64,000 bases of DNA from contig MU054212.1 in assembly GCA_013239625.1 (NCBI GenBank), positions 5,180,270-5,244,269 of the forward strand, written 5' to 3'. Below are positions 23,900 to 38,390 of the stretch, piece after piece. Made by a program: the position numbers and the translations under genes. The stretch's first letter is position 1; every line of letters begins with the position of its first letter. Below the pieces are notes generated by a model, which was not told the DNA's origin, did not search any database, and saw nothing but the letters and a program-made list of their open reading frames with translations. This stretch comes from Lama guanicoe. Taxonomy: Eukaryota.

Positions 23900-24960
23900 T
23901 TCAGACTCTCCAGTCAGTTCAATTTTCCTATATTTGAGAGCAATTTTTAAGCAACTTTGTGGTTCTAGAGTTGCAGTATCTACTAGCCTGGGCTGTGGGT
24001 TTTTTACTATTTGTGGACTTTAGGAATCTGAAAAATCCTTATTTATAATCTCTTTGAATATTTTCTCTGAAGTCTTTATTTTTCTGGATAGACTTTTGGT
24101 AAACATTCTGTTTCCCGGTTCATCAGTTTTCTCTGCAGTTGTCTCAGATCTGCTGTTTAATCCTTCTTCCCACTGAGTTTTCATTTCAGTAATGCCATTT
24201 TTATTTCTAAAACATCTATTTTGTTATTGTTCAGAATCACACATCTGGCTTCATAATGTGTTATTATTTTCTCATGTTTTTAATTTTATACTCATTATCA
24301 CGGAGAGTTCTATTATCTGACATTCCTTGGCTTATAGTCCTGTGTTTGTAGTGTATATTGGTTCTCAGTCATTGAGGATTGCTTACCTATATCTTCTGTA
24401 ATTTTAGCTAGTGTACATACCTACAGCAGGGCATTAATTCATTAAAGTCCTGTAGGGCTTGGGTTCAGGGTGTGTCACTCCAAAGAAGTCTTGCTTCTCT
24501 GTCTGTGGAGCACTCAAGGGTAATAACAATTGTGAAATAAAAAATCCGTGAATGTATTTTGTCGTGTGGTTGCTACACGACCTAAGTAATCTAAATTTGA
24601 TCTTCGAATTAATGTGAGAGAAAAGCTGCTGCTTATGAATTCTTTTTCCCCCATTCAGAACTTACATAAACAAAAACACATTAAAAAATCCTATCATTTT
24701 CATACAGTGGGCCAAAGGAAGAAAATTTTAATTCATTTTCATCAGTGGTGTAGCTCTTTGGTGATCAAAACTTTGTACGTTTTCTCTGTTGCAGTTCCCA
24801 GAATTTGAAGCACAGAGGCTCATACTTCACCTCTACCATGAAATGACATTAAAAAACAGCCCCTGGGCAAAACACAATCTCCTCATGGGTGGCCACAATA
24901 TCAGTTTAACTGTGCTACTTGTCTTTTCAGATTTTAATCCTCTCTTTAGTAGCTGCTGAT
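23900..24960 (-). mobile_element. old L1M ORF1/5' fragment
   Basis: TCTGCTGTTTAATCC...CTGAGTTTTCATTTCAGTAATG...TTTTATTTCTAAAA resembles antisense L1 ORF1. Confidence 0.55.
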
Positions 24961-26514
24961 AATACCCCTTTTATTTTACTAAAAGCAAATGTATAGATCT
25001 AAAACATCCTTTTACAGTCCATTCCATATTATCAGCTTTATGGGTAGAAAAATTTTATTTTTTAGTATGCTCGTTTGCTATTCAAAGCATTAGTAATATA
25101 AACTGTACCATCTCAGTGTGGAAGAATAAGGCAAATATTCTGCTATTCCTAATTTACAGAAAGTTATCCCCTGGATTTGTATGGGCCCAGACAGATCAGT
25201 TTTCCCGGACAGTGGCTCAGTTTCTTTTCCATTTTCTCATGTAGTCCAGACAATAGTTTCTGCTAAATATCTTTATATTTATCTGAAAATAATGAGTCTT
25301 TAAAAAATCTTACTGTCTGTGATTTTAGTAACAGTAACCAGTAACAAGATCAGAGATCATGGAGAGTTTATGTTTTTAAAAACATACATGTAACAGCTCA
25401 TTTAGCAATGTGTTTTAAAATGCAACCGTAAGTCATTAAAATTGAACAATTGTTGTCAGGAAAAATGAAAAATGTGCATTTTGTGATATGTTCTTTTTTT
25501 CCTATCAAGTATTTACAAAATATTCACAGTTTTGACAATTTTTAATAAACTACAAATTATCAGGGCATTTCTAAAAAGAATACTTTGATTTCAAGAGAAA
25601 ACTGTGATATAAGAGCACCACCATTGACTATATTGATCAGTAAGAACTGAAGTGATTTTTGAAGGCAAGTCATGAGAAAAACAATTTAAATGCTGGAAAA
25701 TCCAAACTAAAGACAATTCCTACTCCAGATAAAGGGAGTATATTAGTCACCGAAGTATCTTCTCAAGAAAGCCATGTTTCTATTGTCTATTTTTTTAAAG
25801 TAAAAAAAAAAAAAAATGATGCCAGCAACTTTTAAAAACGTTACTTCTCTTAATTGTATTTAAGTGCTCTTATTTTATCAGAAATATTATAGCTCATGTT
25901 ACATTAAGAGACCCATTCTGAGCTAGTCTTTAAAAGATAATAAAATTTAAAAATAAAATATTCTTTAATGTCAATACAATTTTTTTTTCTTAGCAATTTG
26001 AAGTTCTCTGTCAACTTTCATTGTTGAGACATCTTTCTTTGTCCCGGTACAGATAAAAGACTTCAACAAATTTTTTTTTAAAAACAATAAGCCCAACATC
26101 TTTGGCTTAGAATTCTTTTGAAATCTAAAAATTCAGAATGCAATTACCTTGATTAAACTATAAAACATAATTCTATCAAGAACAGGATTTTTTTTTTCTG
26201 ATGCCATTCCAGGTTATCTTTGTTACAGCAAAGCAGAGCGATTATCATTTATCATACACTTTATTATATGGGATTTTATTTGGTATTCATAACTATATTA
26301 TGTATGTAGGGGAATTATTACACTGACACAGCTTGCTGGTCCTAGTTCAAATAACTGTTTGATGAAGTTTTCCCTAACCATCTAAAATTCACAGATTTCT
26401 TACTCTGTGCTCCCATAGTGTGTTAAAAATATTTATTTAACCATTTTAACCACATAACTAAAAATCGCAAATATACTAAAATGTTTATCAAAACAAAACA
26501 AAGGAAAACACACC

Positions 26515-26780
26515 TGTTACCTGTTGCCCTGCCCAGCTTCTTCTCACTGGACCTATGCACAGTTTTAGCTGTGGTGTGTAAAATTGGCCTTGAGCTAATG
26601 AAAGTAGCCTTGCGCCAGAGTTTAAGTCCCCACTTAATGATCAGCTGATACGGAGGTCCAGCTTGTCTCAAAGACAACTACAGCTCTTGCTCCAGAGCTG
26701 CTCTGGAGTCAGGCTGAAGCTGTTCTTGCTTTACTTTCTTCCCCTGCCCTATCCTGCTTGCCTCACCCCCGGTGCTCCTA
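26515..26780 (+). mobile_element. LTR16-like ERVL LTR fragment
   Basis: TTCTTCCCCTGCCCTATCCTGCTTGCCTCACCCC motif. Confidence 0.55.
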
Positions 26781-27444
26781 TTTCTGTTTCTTTTGGTCTC
26801 TCAGTGTCTCTGCTTTCCTCAGCTGTCCTGATTGTCCACTGACACATAAGAGGGAGGCTTTAACATACTTGTCTCTGTATGTGTAGTTGGGTTTTGTTGA
26901 CTAGGGAGTGGACTTTTTCTGGGCCTTATGATACATATATCTTTTCTCTCTGGCCACTGTTTCTCCAGAGAAGTCTCTTATTTGCTTCCCGGGCATTTTA
27001 GCTTAGTTGCCAGGATTTTGGAAACTAAGAGAAGGAGGAAAGCTGAGAGGTGTCTATATTTAGTGTATAGATTTTCATTTAAATTCCTCTGCTCTCAACT
27101 CATAGCCTCACTCATGCCCTCAACCTTGCCGACACCAGGAGCATTTCTCAGAGAATGAACATCTTTTAACCTGATGTGGTGGGGAAGTAGTCATTGAGTT
27201 GCTCTTCTCAGTAGGAGTGGGGACCAGCCAGAGCCATTAACTGATCCTAAAGCAAGCTTTCAATAACTTTTCTTCTTTTTACATACTTTTCAATATTTTT
27301 TCTTTTCACATCCTCATCTTCTGTGGTGTCGCACACTTCAAACTCCTAACAGATTAAAGAATTCTTGGGGTGTGTTATTTGATTTCTTGCTGCATATACC
27401 TTTGTAGACAACATATTTTACATTTCATTCACTGTATAGTATTA

Positions 27445-29120
27445 CCATCACTCATTCAACAGGTATGTATTAACCAACTATTATTAGCACGGCACTGTTT
27501 GAACTCTGGAATGCAATACAGGATGCAGACAAAAATTGCCATTGTCATGATTTTAGGAAGAATATAAAGATAACCAAATAAATTAAAATATAATGTTTAG
27601 AACATGAGTGTGTTATGGAGAAAATTAAGGCAGGAAATGGGGATAAAGAGGGCTGGAACAACTCAGTTGTAGTTTTTAATAAGAGTATCAAGGAAGATCT
27701 GCAATGGTGAGAATCGACTGTGGGTGGAAAGAAAAGAAGCAAAGAGATCTGTTAGGAAACTAGTAATTTAGGAATAAGATCAAGGAATCTTGGAAGAGAT
27801 GATGGGGGCTTGGCAGCAGAGGCTGAGAGAGATGATAGACAGTTGGTATTAGTGGAGATAAATAACTGTATTCTGCATGAACTCAAGGGCAGATCCAACA
27901 GAATCTCCTGACTAATTATTAGCAACTAAATATAGGAAGAAAAGGACATAGAAAAGTGAAAAGTTAACCCTGAAGAGATTATATATATTGTTGAAATAAA
28001 TTTCTAGGCCTAAGATGGAGCTGTTCCTACCCAGGGTACCTCAGGAAACCAAAACTTAGATAGCTTTTGTGTTCTTGTAAATGTTACACTTGACCATAAG
28101 TGTAGTATGTCCAGTCAGCCAACCCCAAACTCCAAGCCAACTCTGGGCACTGTACGTATTTCCTGTTCCTTAATCTTTCTAAATAAGATCAGATAACCCC
28201 AGCCAAGCAATTTAAGCCGACTACTTCTTCCTTGTTTCCTTGCTTTCTTCTTTGAATTAAGCTTGCAGCCCTTTTCCCTTACTTTGCAGTTCTTTAAGCT
28301 CTTGAAAGTGGAGACCACCTGCTTCATGAAATGTTAAATAAAGTTTGTTTGTATCATCTTAATTGTCTTCTTTGATATGTATGTCTGAGGTTGGCAGATG
28401 GATACGAAGTTGAGAGTACTTAGAATATAAATGATATTTGTATGTGGGGCTATATGTTATCATTGAATAATACTGTAGATGAAAAACAAAAGAATATCAA
28501 GGACTTAGCTCTGAGTCATACCTACTTTCTTTAAGTGCTTGAGGAAGGAAGAAACCATCAAATGAAACAGCAGAAACAGCCAGTGGGGTAAGAGGAAAAC
28601 CAAACAAGCATGGTGTCTGAAGCCATGTGAGGAAAGTGTGCCAGTGAGGAGGGAGTGATCAACTGTGTCAAGTGCTGTTGGTAAGAAAGTCTGAGGACTG
28701 AGAATTACTCACTGAATTCAAGAACAGAGAGGTAATTGATGTCTTAACAACAGCACTTTTGCTGGGGTGTGGGTGGTGGGGGCATGAAATTCTGATTGGA
28801 TTAAATGAAGGAGAGAAAAGGTTAAGAGAAACTGGATACAGTTCTTACAGACAACTTTCCTCTGGAGTGTAATTTTTAAAAAGAAAGTAAGAAAATAGAG
28901 CAACATTCACAGTGGTAGTGAATAGAGGCAGTGGTAGAGGCTGTTGTCGTGTATTAATAGGATGTATAACAGCTTCTTTGGGTGCTGATGGGAATGAACC
29001 AATAAAGCATCACAATGAGAGGGCAGAGTTTCAAATGGGGATGTCATATCTGAGTCAAAGTTCTAGAATATGCCAGAAGGGATGGGATATAATGCACAAA
29101 TGAATGATGTTAGATACAAG
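27445..29120 (-). mobile_element. L2 LINE interrupted by an LTR
   Basis: CATTCAACAGGTATGTATT...GGCACTGTT start; GAGGGAGTGATCAACTGTGTCAAGTGCTG...GAGGACTGAGAA internal motif. Confidence 0.75.
27989..28377 (+). mobile_element. probable solo LTR (ERV1-like) inserted in L2
   Basis: Starts TGTTGAAATAAA...CCTAAGATGGAG, AATAAA at 28337-28342, ends TCTTCTTTGATA; L2 sequence resumes on both sides; TSD unclear. Confidence 0.55.
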
Positions 29121-31054
29121 CATGAAAAGTTAATGTTTCATTTATGTGGGAAAGTAATACTTTAGTCCCCAGAAAAGACTCATTAGCCTGCTGGGTCCAA
29201 GAGCTCAGTCCACAGATGAATGATAGTTGCTTGGATAGAGGAGCATATCACCCAGAGTCACATGGAACAGTGGAAAGACAGCTCCCAAAATGAGCAATGT
29301 GATGTTATTACCAAATATGTTTGGCAAACAGAAGCAATAGTATGCATAAAGAAGTCAACAGCTTGGCAAAGAAAAAAATGTTTATACAGTTTTAACTTTG
29401 ATTAAAGTGTGACTTCAGTTTTTACTTTAAACACTTTATTTGTACTTTTGTTGCTTATCGGACCACGAATTACTACAATGATCCATTAAATTTTAGAAAC
29501 ATTCCCATTTTGAAATTAAGCATCTGTAATTTCTCACCCCTGGGCTCAGACTTTTTGGAAAGCAGAGATTTTTGCTAGCAGAGTATCTAATTGTTAGAAA
29601 TTGCTCAGCAGGTGCCTGAGGAATGACGAAAAGAATATTCACTTATTATAAGTGGTGCATTTATGACATAATGAAATTGAGGCTGTCCACTCACATAGTT
29701 GGAGATTTTCCTTTATAGCTATGGTTGGATTTCCTTTTGTATCCTTGTATTGTACATACCAGTAGTGAATTTGTTCTTAGTCGTTTTTGCAGGAGTTGCT
29801 GCAGTGGTCCAACTTGAAATCTAGTTAGGGTGAATAGACACCGTCTTTCAAAAAATTTTTTGCTGTATGCATGTACTATTTGATGTAACATTTTTAATTG
29901 ACTTTTCTCTTTTATATGTAATTAGAGGAGTATTTTCAATAAAATCAATTTCTATTACATTAAGATACAATGCATTATATACGTAGGTACAATATAAAAT
30001 AGTATGCAAATAATACAAGGTTTTAAATAAAAGTACATATTTTAATAAAGGAGAACATAAACTAAAATTGTTATTACATTAAAATAAAACAGCCCTTGTT
30101 TCAATAATAGAATAAGAATACTCTTCAAGTAACACCGCAGTCATATTTTATAGGCTAAAATGCATATAGTAATCATTTACTAAAAGAAGGAAAACAGACT
30201 TTCATTTTTTAATTTAATGACTTCCAATAAGTATTTCCGATTTTCAAGAATTATATACTGATGGTAAATATCTTCATGTGTTCCAGAATGTGTTTGCATT
30301 TTAATAAAGAAGAAAAAATGAATAAAGCAATAAAGTACAAAGTTATCCACAAAGAAATGATTTATGAAGTATGTCAGTATAAAAATAAAGACTGGAGAAA
30401 TGAAGAACGTACCTCAAAACCACGTACACTCAAAAACAAATAAAATCCTGAACTAAGAAGAAACATGGAAAGAAAGTGGATGATAAAGCTGACAGTTTTC
30501 TGCTTCACAATGAGAAATGGCTGCCTTTTTGTTCATCTTGGTCAGTAATTCCATTATAGGTTTCAGATTAGTGTGCCCTTTTTCATTTTTAAGTCATTGA
30601 AAAGAATCTGTAAGTCAGTAGCTGTCTTTATGAGAATTGAAGTTTGTTTACACTAAAGAAAGTTTTTAAGTGTGTTTTTGTTGCTGTTAAAGCTTATGTT
30701 TCACCTTGCATAAAGGAAAACTATTCTATATTTTACAGCACTTCTAACAGTTTTACTTACCTCTGCACTCATTATATAGCAGTAGATATGTCTATCTAGC
30801 AATGTGTGTTTATCAAGTCTCTACTCAATACACTATTCAAAGCATGCTTTTGAAATGTGTACTGACATTGACACTGACACTTTCCATTATCAGCAAGTGG
30901 GTTATTTTAATTCAAAATGACATAATCAATTGGAGGAGAAACTTTTTCGCAGAGAATAAGTTACTCCTTTTTTAGTAGACTGTTTTTGCATATCTTAAAA
31001 GTTTAAGTGTATTCTGATCATTTATATTCAGATTTGATTTACCTTAACTTTTTA

Positions 31055-31460
31055 GAGTCTATTGAAGGCTGTGTTCTCTAGAAACAGACTCTGGGGGTGG
31101 AGTTTAGAATGCAAGATGTTTGTTAGGGAATGACCTCGGTAGAAATCAACCCCTGTGAAAGGAAGAGGAGGGAAGCAAGAGTGGGCAGGAGGACAAGTTT
31201 AGCTGCCATGTAGGTCTGGCTGCAGCCTTGATTGAACACACAAGAGAACTGGTGCTAAATGACCCCCAGGGTTGTTCCGAATACAACGCCATAGAATGCC
31301 AGGATTTTATACCCTGCCTCCATCAGACATTGGCTAAGATGTCTTGGAAAGGACATGACCTCTCAGGTGGGACTGGCAGCTGAAGGCTCTCATCCTGGCA
31401 GCTGGCCATGGAGTCCTTCTACACATCAGGATTCGGGCAGCACATTGCTGTGTCTAACAT
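31055..31460 (-). mobile_element. LTR16-like ERVL LTR
   Basis: TTCTCTAGAAACAGACTCTGGGGGTGGAGTTTAGAATGCAAGATGTTTGTTAGGG...GAAGCAAGAGTGGGCAG motifs. Confidence 0.7.
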
Positions 31461-32744
31461 AGATTCCAGATATTCTTAGTTGGCAAGGTACTTAAATCAT
31501 GTAGAATTCACTGTCTAGAAAATTATATATTTGTCACAGTGTCAATCTTGGGGTTATACTATAGAGAATTAAATATTGGGAACTTAACTGAAGAAATAGA
31601 GGTAGATGTATTATAACTAATACCATTACTTGCTCTCAGTATTTACATTTCAAAATGGATTTGAAGCGTTTGAAAGGATTATGTAGTCATTATAGCTTGA
31701 TGTAACAAACTATAAAAGGAGTTAGGGTATTTCCTATAATTGCTCTGAATAGTAAGAGATTTTACAAAAATCATAGCACTAATTCCATCTTCCCTAATCA
31801 TAAGGATGAAAACTTAACTTTATTTGCTACCTGTTGCTTTTTAGCCCAGGAGAGTCATGAGCGTGCATTTGGAATGTAATCTCATTCCCCTTCACCAAGA
31901 TGCAGCAGAAGACAGATTCTAACATTCACTCTTGTAGAATTTCAGTATAAAAGGACTCAGTTCAGTGTTGTTTTTCACTTCTATAGGTGCCCAGTACTCC
32001 TCTGCTTCTGGTGACAGAAATCATCTGCTAGGGTAATGAAAAAGTTTCTCTTTCCTTCACTCATGATGTCTTGATATAGTGAATTTTTTTTCAGTGCATC
32101 TCATCCTCCCACCCAAAATCATTACTATTACTTTACTGCCCACTTTGCCTTTTTTTGGTCCTTTTCCATTCATTATTTCTAATGAATGCATATGACCCAT
32201 ACAATCGATATGCAACACTAAAAAATAAGTTATATGATATGAGACTTCGGTTATCATCCTAGACTTTGAAAAAATATTAATTTTCAAAAAAGGGCAATAG
32301 TAAATAAAACATATTTATCTGTGGAGATCTTAACCATCTCTGTTACCATTGAAAATTATGGATTGGCTTATCTGAGAGATTTTGTTGTCTAAAAAATTCT
32401 TCTTGTGATTACTAGATTTTGAAAAGCTAGAACTGAAAGATGAATTATCAGTCTGAAAAACTATCTAAAAGTTAAGGCACTAGCAAGATACTAATAGGCT
32501 TCTTAAACAATTCCAAAGTGTTCCACCTATCAGACCTAGTAATGAAAATAAATTTCTTCCTGTGATGTGCTGCTCAATTCAGTTAAATTAGTAATGAAAT
32601 CAGTAATAAAAGATTTTAAAACTTTCTGTTAACTCTAAATGTATATATATGTTTAGCTTCAGTTAAAGAAAAATATATGAAAATTTATTGGTAATCATAA
32701 ATAGACTATGGAACTAACTAAAAGCGTAATTTCCTAGATAGAAG

Positions 32745-33320
32745 AGGGTGTTGCTTTTAAAATAAGGCTACAAATTTTTTTGACAATTGTCTTATTGCAA
32801 GGTGGGCCCTCCTCCCATTGTGTCTGAGTGGGTTTGTAATTTCTTTGACCAAGAGAATATGGTAGAAATGACTGAGATTTTCAAGGCTTGGTCAGAAAGT
32901 CATGTGTCTTTTGCCTTGTTCCATGGAACACTTGCTCTTGGAGTCCAGGGACAAGATGTAAGAATTTCAGTTATCATCAGGCCACCAAACTTTGAGGAAG
33001 CCAAACCATGTGGAGATGACTCAGGTCAGAGTTCAGGTCAGCAGACCTATCTGAGCTCTTAGAATCACTCACCCAGGTGCCAGACATGCCAGTAAAAGGG
33101 CCTCCTGGTGATTCTGGTTCTGGCCCTTTGAGTCACTCCTCAGTATCTGAGGCTACCAAGTTGAGGCTCCAGGCCTTGTGAGGCAGAGACATGCCTGCCC
33201 TATGGTACATATCCAAACTCCTGACGCATCGGACCTCTGAGCATGATGAAAGGATTGTGGCTCTGTGTCACTGAATTCTGAGGTGATGTGATTGGTATGC
33301 AGCAGTAGGTGTTGGAATGC
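32745..33320 (+). mobile_element. MLT1 (G/H-like) MaLR LTR
   Basis: TTTGACCAAGAGAATATGGTAGAAATGAC...CACTTGCTCTTGGAG...CCAGACATG...TATGCAGCAGTAG end. Confidence 0.75.
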
Positions 33321-35631
33321 TCAGGTGCTGCGATTGTATGAACAGTCTTATCCCAGTAAGAAGAGAACGAAGTGAAGTTCTTGTCAAAGTCTTAGCTTCA
33401 AAAATGTCCAGCACAATTCTCCAATTATAAGATGTTCCCAGATTCAGACCCAGAGTAAATGTCAGTCATTTTGGTATACAAATCAATGCTCCAACTTATA
33501 TTTTTACTTAAAAATTTTTCTATATAAAGTTTACTTTGAAACGAGAAACTTTGTATTCTTTTAAATTATTTTGTCTACTAAATATGCACCAAGTGATTTT
33601 CATATATGTATACGATAAAAGGCAAAAATGTAAACATTTTGTTAGTAATAATTTAACCAAGATTTCTTGATAACTCTATTCAATAGTAGTAGGATGTATG
33701 TTATCCACAAGAATAATGTAGCTACCTGTTAAATTGATTTTGGATGTGTTACATAGGTGTTTCAGCAGGCTGTCTATTGACTGAAAATAAACATTTAGTA
33801 AAACCGCTTTCAAGGTACGATATTCAATAGCTTTCCATTCCTCTAAGTAAGAACATTTTGCCTCATATTAAAAAAAAAAATCCTTTCTGACTTAACATTT
33901 TCTTTTTTAGGCTTTTCCTCAGGCTGAGAGTTTACTAGCTAATCAGCAAAACTCCCATAAGCACCTATCTAAGAGGAGAGAGAATAAAAAGACTATAAAA
34001 TTACTGTATACATTCAAGCCATTAGTGATTTAGAACTTTTATTAAAAGTTTGCTGAGAGTTCCAAGTATTTACAAGCTTGAAGACCAAGCTACTGATACG
34101 TTCCCCATTCAACTCTCAAATGGCATTAGCTTTGGCCTCTAATATTAGTGCATTTCATAAAATGCCATGGATTATGTGTAATATTTGGACAGATCTATGT
34201 ACTATCAGAACTGGAAGGAAGCTTGGTGGCCGAGTTCAAACCACCAACTTAATACCAGTATTGAGTTGCTTCACTGTATTACTGCCTCAATGATCTTAAA
34301 AAGAAGTTGCCGTATCCTTTTCACCAAATCAGGTTCCAGCAAAGCCACAACCAAACTCCTCTCTCAAGTGCATCTTAAATTCTTTATATAGGAAATCTGT
34401 CTGGCAGATTTTAGAAAGTTAACTGCACCACCACCACAATATTGATACCTCATTTTTCCATGACTTTTGAGATAGACATCAGAAAAACTCACAAGATGTT
34501 AGACATAAATAGACATTTACATCTATGCAAAAGGCTTATTTAGTAGTGCTGGCCTACAGAGATTCATTTTTATAGTGTTTTGTATTTTTTGTGAGTAGTT
34601 TACAGTTTCTGCTCGATTCTGACATCATAGATACTTCTTTGTCTAAATCATATCACTAAGAAATAGACATCGACCACAAGGCCAATTTTTACTAGTCTGT
34701 TTTATTTCCCTCCTTAAATCTCTAGGTTAGTAAAATTTTTAAGAAGTTGGACATGAAAATTGCAAGCGGCACTGAAGGTAAAATGTTATGTAGTACCATG
34801 AAGAGAGAATTAAAAAATGTATCTGATGGGACATATCAGAAATCTGAGACATAAAGCAAACATACATTCCCCTTTTCAGATTTTATTGATATTCTGGACC
34901 TAAAAGCTCCACAATGCTGTATGGGAGTCCTTCATGGATTGTGGAATATTAGGGGCCAATTCTTCAGAGATAGAGTCATGAATGGACTTCATTACAGCAC
35001 CTGAGGATGTCATATTTTATCAGCCACAACAATTTGAAGTGCTTAGCCAAAAAAAAAAAAAAGACATGGTATTATTCCCTGGAGCTTGTCATTAATAAAT
35101 GAGTAGGCAAATATCATTACATTCTATCGTAAGTAATGAAATACAGAATGCAGGTATGTTGGATGCCAGATGATCAGCAGTTCTGATTTGCATTGTACTA
35201 TTAGGTGATTGTGTTTTTCTATTAAAAAGCGTGTGGTTTTTTTTTTTTTAAGGAAAACACATAGAACTTGTTTATCCTTTTTTTAATAAAAATCATATAT
35301 TTCAGTGACTAAACTTCCTCTCCTCAAGCCCTGAAGGTAAAAGCACAGGATTCCTTTATTCCATATTTGATGGAGTGATATGTTGTATAAGAGCTCAAAC
35401 TCTGGCAAAAATAACTCAAAGATTAAAAGTCAGAAATGCATCCAATGCTTCTGTATTATCCAATCTAAAGACAAGTAAATGTTTTGTTTTTAAAAGGCTA
35501 TTCTAAAGTATTTTTTTCAAGTAAAGAACATACAACCCTCCTATTTGTAGTTTCTCAAAATAGTCTTTTCCTATATGTAAAGGAAAGTAATGCTCGATCA
35601 ATGCATTTTTGGTAATATTATTCTTTACATA

Positions 35632-35695
35632 CATATGTATGATATGATATACAGATATATAGCTAGATAGCTAGATAGATAGATAGATAGACATA
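35632..35695. repeat. (GATA)n/(TA)n simple repeat
   Basis: GCTAGATAGCTAGATAGATAGATAGATAGAC read directly. Confidence 0.85.
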
Positions 35696-38024
35696 GTGAA
35701 TACAGGTTATTAATGAATTTTGTTATTTTTATCTCAGGTCATATGTGTGATAGAAACAACCTATTCATGAGGTTTAAAGGGAAACACATAATGCTAGACC
35801 ATGGAAATTCAGTAATAAGCAAGAGTCTTCTTCCCCATGGGGAGTTTATAACTTAGTAAGGGGAGGAAAACTTTAAGTAAGTAAAATTTTAAATATTTAA
35901 AACTTTAAATAGGTAAACAGAAAATTAACTGTTTTAAATTATAATGAGGTCTATAAAAATGATACCCTGATCTTCTATAGAGTACTGGGTGGAGACAAGT
36001 TGAAAGACTAGTCATTTTTTTAGTGTTCTTTGATATGTAATTTCTAGCAAAAAGGATTAAAAGTTCTTGATCTATCTTAGTTCAGTGATTAAATAGAGAT
36101 ACAACCATATTTTATAAATACAGATTAGTGATACCTGTGACATCTGGGTCGTTCAAAGTATTTGGGTGAATATATGTATATCTTAGTTCAGGACACTGAT
36201 GGCCAGCATGGCACTGAGAGATGAATGAAAATTTTCTTTAAAAATTCCTGTCTTTGAAACAGCTCTATGAACTACAGACTCAAACCATCAAATAAGTCAG
36301 TTGGCTTATTCACTATTCATTCATTCATTTATTCAGTCATTCAACAGACATTTATTACCCAGTTGCTCACTTGCCACACCCCCTTTCTGCCCTTCCACAG
36401 AGGCGCACATGAAGAGCCCCTTAGCAGGAAAGTTTGGGAGGTATGACGTTCGGGAAGGAAGAGCTGGTTTGATCAAGCCAGGACCAGGATTGTAATCATG
36501 GAGCCTTGCTCGTAATATAATCACAGTCCATAGCTATACATGGCAGGGCTGAGATCTGGATCCTTGTCTACATAATCTCTCTTTCTTTCATCTTTCATTC
36601 TTTCTTAGTTATTATATTCTTGCTTGCTTGCTTTCTGTTTTTTTTTTCTGTTTTCCTTTTATTTTTATTTGATTTTTCATGTTATTTCACCATTTTTCCT
36701 ATAACTATCTTCCTTTAGGTAAGTTATCCTTTCATTAAAATGTCTTCCTATAAACCATAAGGGGTGATAATGTTTCCTGTAGAGACTCCAGTTGATAGAC
36801 TTATCAAAACACTGAAATGTCAAGATGTCAAAAGGAACACCCACGTATGGGGAAGAGTCACAGAGAAAAACAGTGGGGCAGGAGCTAAGATCTTCAATGA
36901 AGAAAGTTGTGGGATCAGGATGTAGGTTGTTGATGGGGATTTTGTCAGATGTCAAAGGATCTAAGTTTCTTAGAAAGAGAAGTAAGGAGAAATGACTTGA
37001 AAGTGACAGTGGGGAGCGAAGAGATCATCTCTTTCATTTCCTGACCCTGTGTTACTTGAGAGGCGTGCAGGCAAGGAAGTTTGTTCAAGAAGCATCCAGA
37101 TTTAAATTAGGGCTGGAAGAGACTGGAAAAACAACAGAAGAAAATGAGACACCAGAAACATATACCCTAGGTTATACACAAGATTCCTAGGAGTAATGCA
37201 AAGAAGTGGCAAGAAGGAATATTTGGCTCTTATTAAAATAGACCCAATTATTTGAAGCCTGTGAAATTTAAAAGCTGTGGAAAAGCACGTTGGTGGATTT
37301 GTAAAGGATTATATAAAGGCTGGACAGGCATTTTGGAGATATTAACAGCAGCGCCATTGCAGATTTCTATGAATAATTCAAAAGAAGACACCATACAAGG
37401 GGGAATTTTAGCACTTGGCATTACTTAAGTGTTTAAAGAGCGGTTGCCATTCAAGTATAGGACAAAAAACAAAACAAAACAAAAACAAACAAAACCTGGA
37501 GTTTTTAGAAATTCTGGGAGAAATCAGAATATTTATACTCTGCAGCTTTTGTGGATTTGTGGACTTAATGGTATTTTTTAAAGACCATAGAGGAAACTTC
37601 TCGCTGTCCATAAAATGTCTTTCTCCTCTATTTCCATCATAATGATAACTTGGACTCAAGGCTGTTCAGCTGGCCTGCATTTTTCAGCTCCCCTGGCAGT
37701 TAAATATGGCCATGTGAACAAGTTCAAACAATAGAAATGAGAACAATTATTAAAATATTTAATATCTTGATGTGTTTCTTGGGTTTTTAATGAAAATGCA
37801 AACAACTATAAATCAATTTTTTCTTTTTCCACAATTTTTATAAATGTAACATACAATACCACTTTCTGTATCATTTTCTTTTCTTCATTTAATATGTCTT
37901 AAAAGATATTCCTCAGAACATAAAAAACATAGTCATTGTTTGAATTTTTTTGCAGTGTGTAGTATTATATTTTAGGGATTTACTATATTTTATCTAAACC
38001 TCAGCTTTAATGGATTATCTGGGA

Positions 38025-38390
38025 TTATTCATTAATTCAACAAGCATTTATTGAGTGCTTAGTATGTACCAGGATTATTTCAGAAAGTTATCATTGATAC
38101 CAGATAAAGATTAAAACCTTCATGGAATTTATATTCTAGATGGAAGAGACAGGTAATATGGGAACAGTGTTCCAATCAAAGGGAACAGCCGTATTGCAGC
38201 ACATGCCTTCCCTATTGGAAGAATAGCAAGAAAGTCACTCTGCCTGGAGCATACATAGTAGGTGAAGGGAGAATGGTAGACATTGAAGAAAAAAATCGAA
38301 GAGGAACCACTGACAGTACTTGAATAATTCTTTGAGTGAACTGCAGGACCATTGCAGGCTTTAAGCAGTGAGTTTATCTGACTCATTTTT
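38025..38390 (-). mobile_element. L2 LINE 3' fragment between L1M pieces
   Basis: ATTCATTAATTCAACAAGCATTTATTGAGTGCTTAGTATGTACCAGG. Confidence 0.7.

Noticed and set aside
33911..34500. Processed pseudogene suggested by overlapping short ORFs
   Set aside because: No recognisable protein in any frame; part (AGAACTGGAAGGAAGCTTGG) resembles an old MIR-type head
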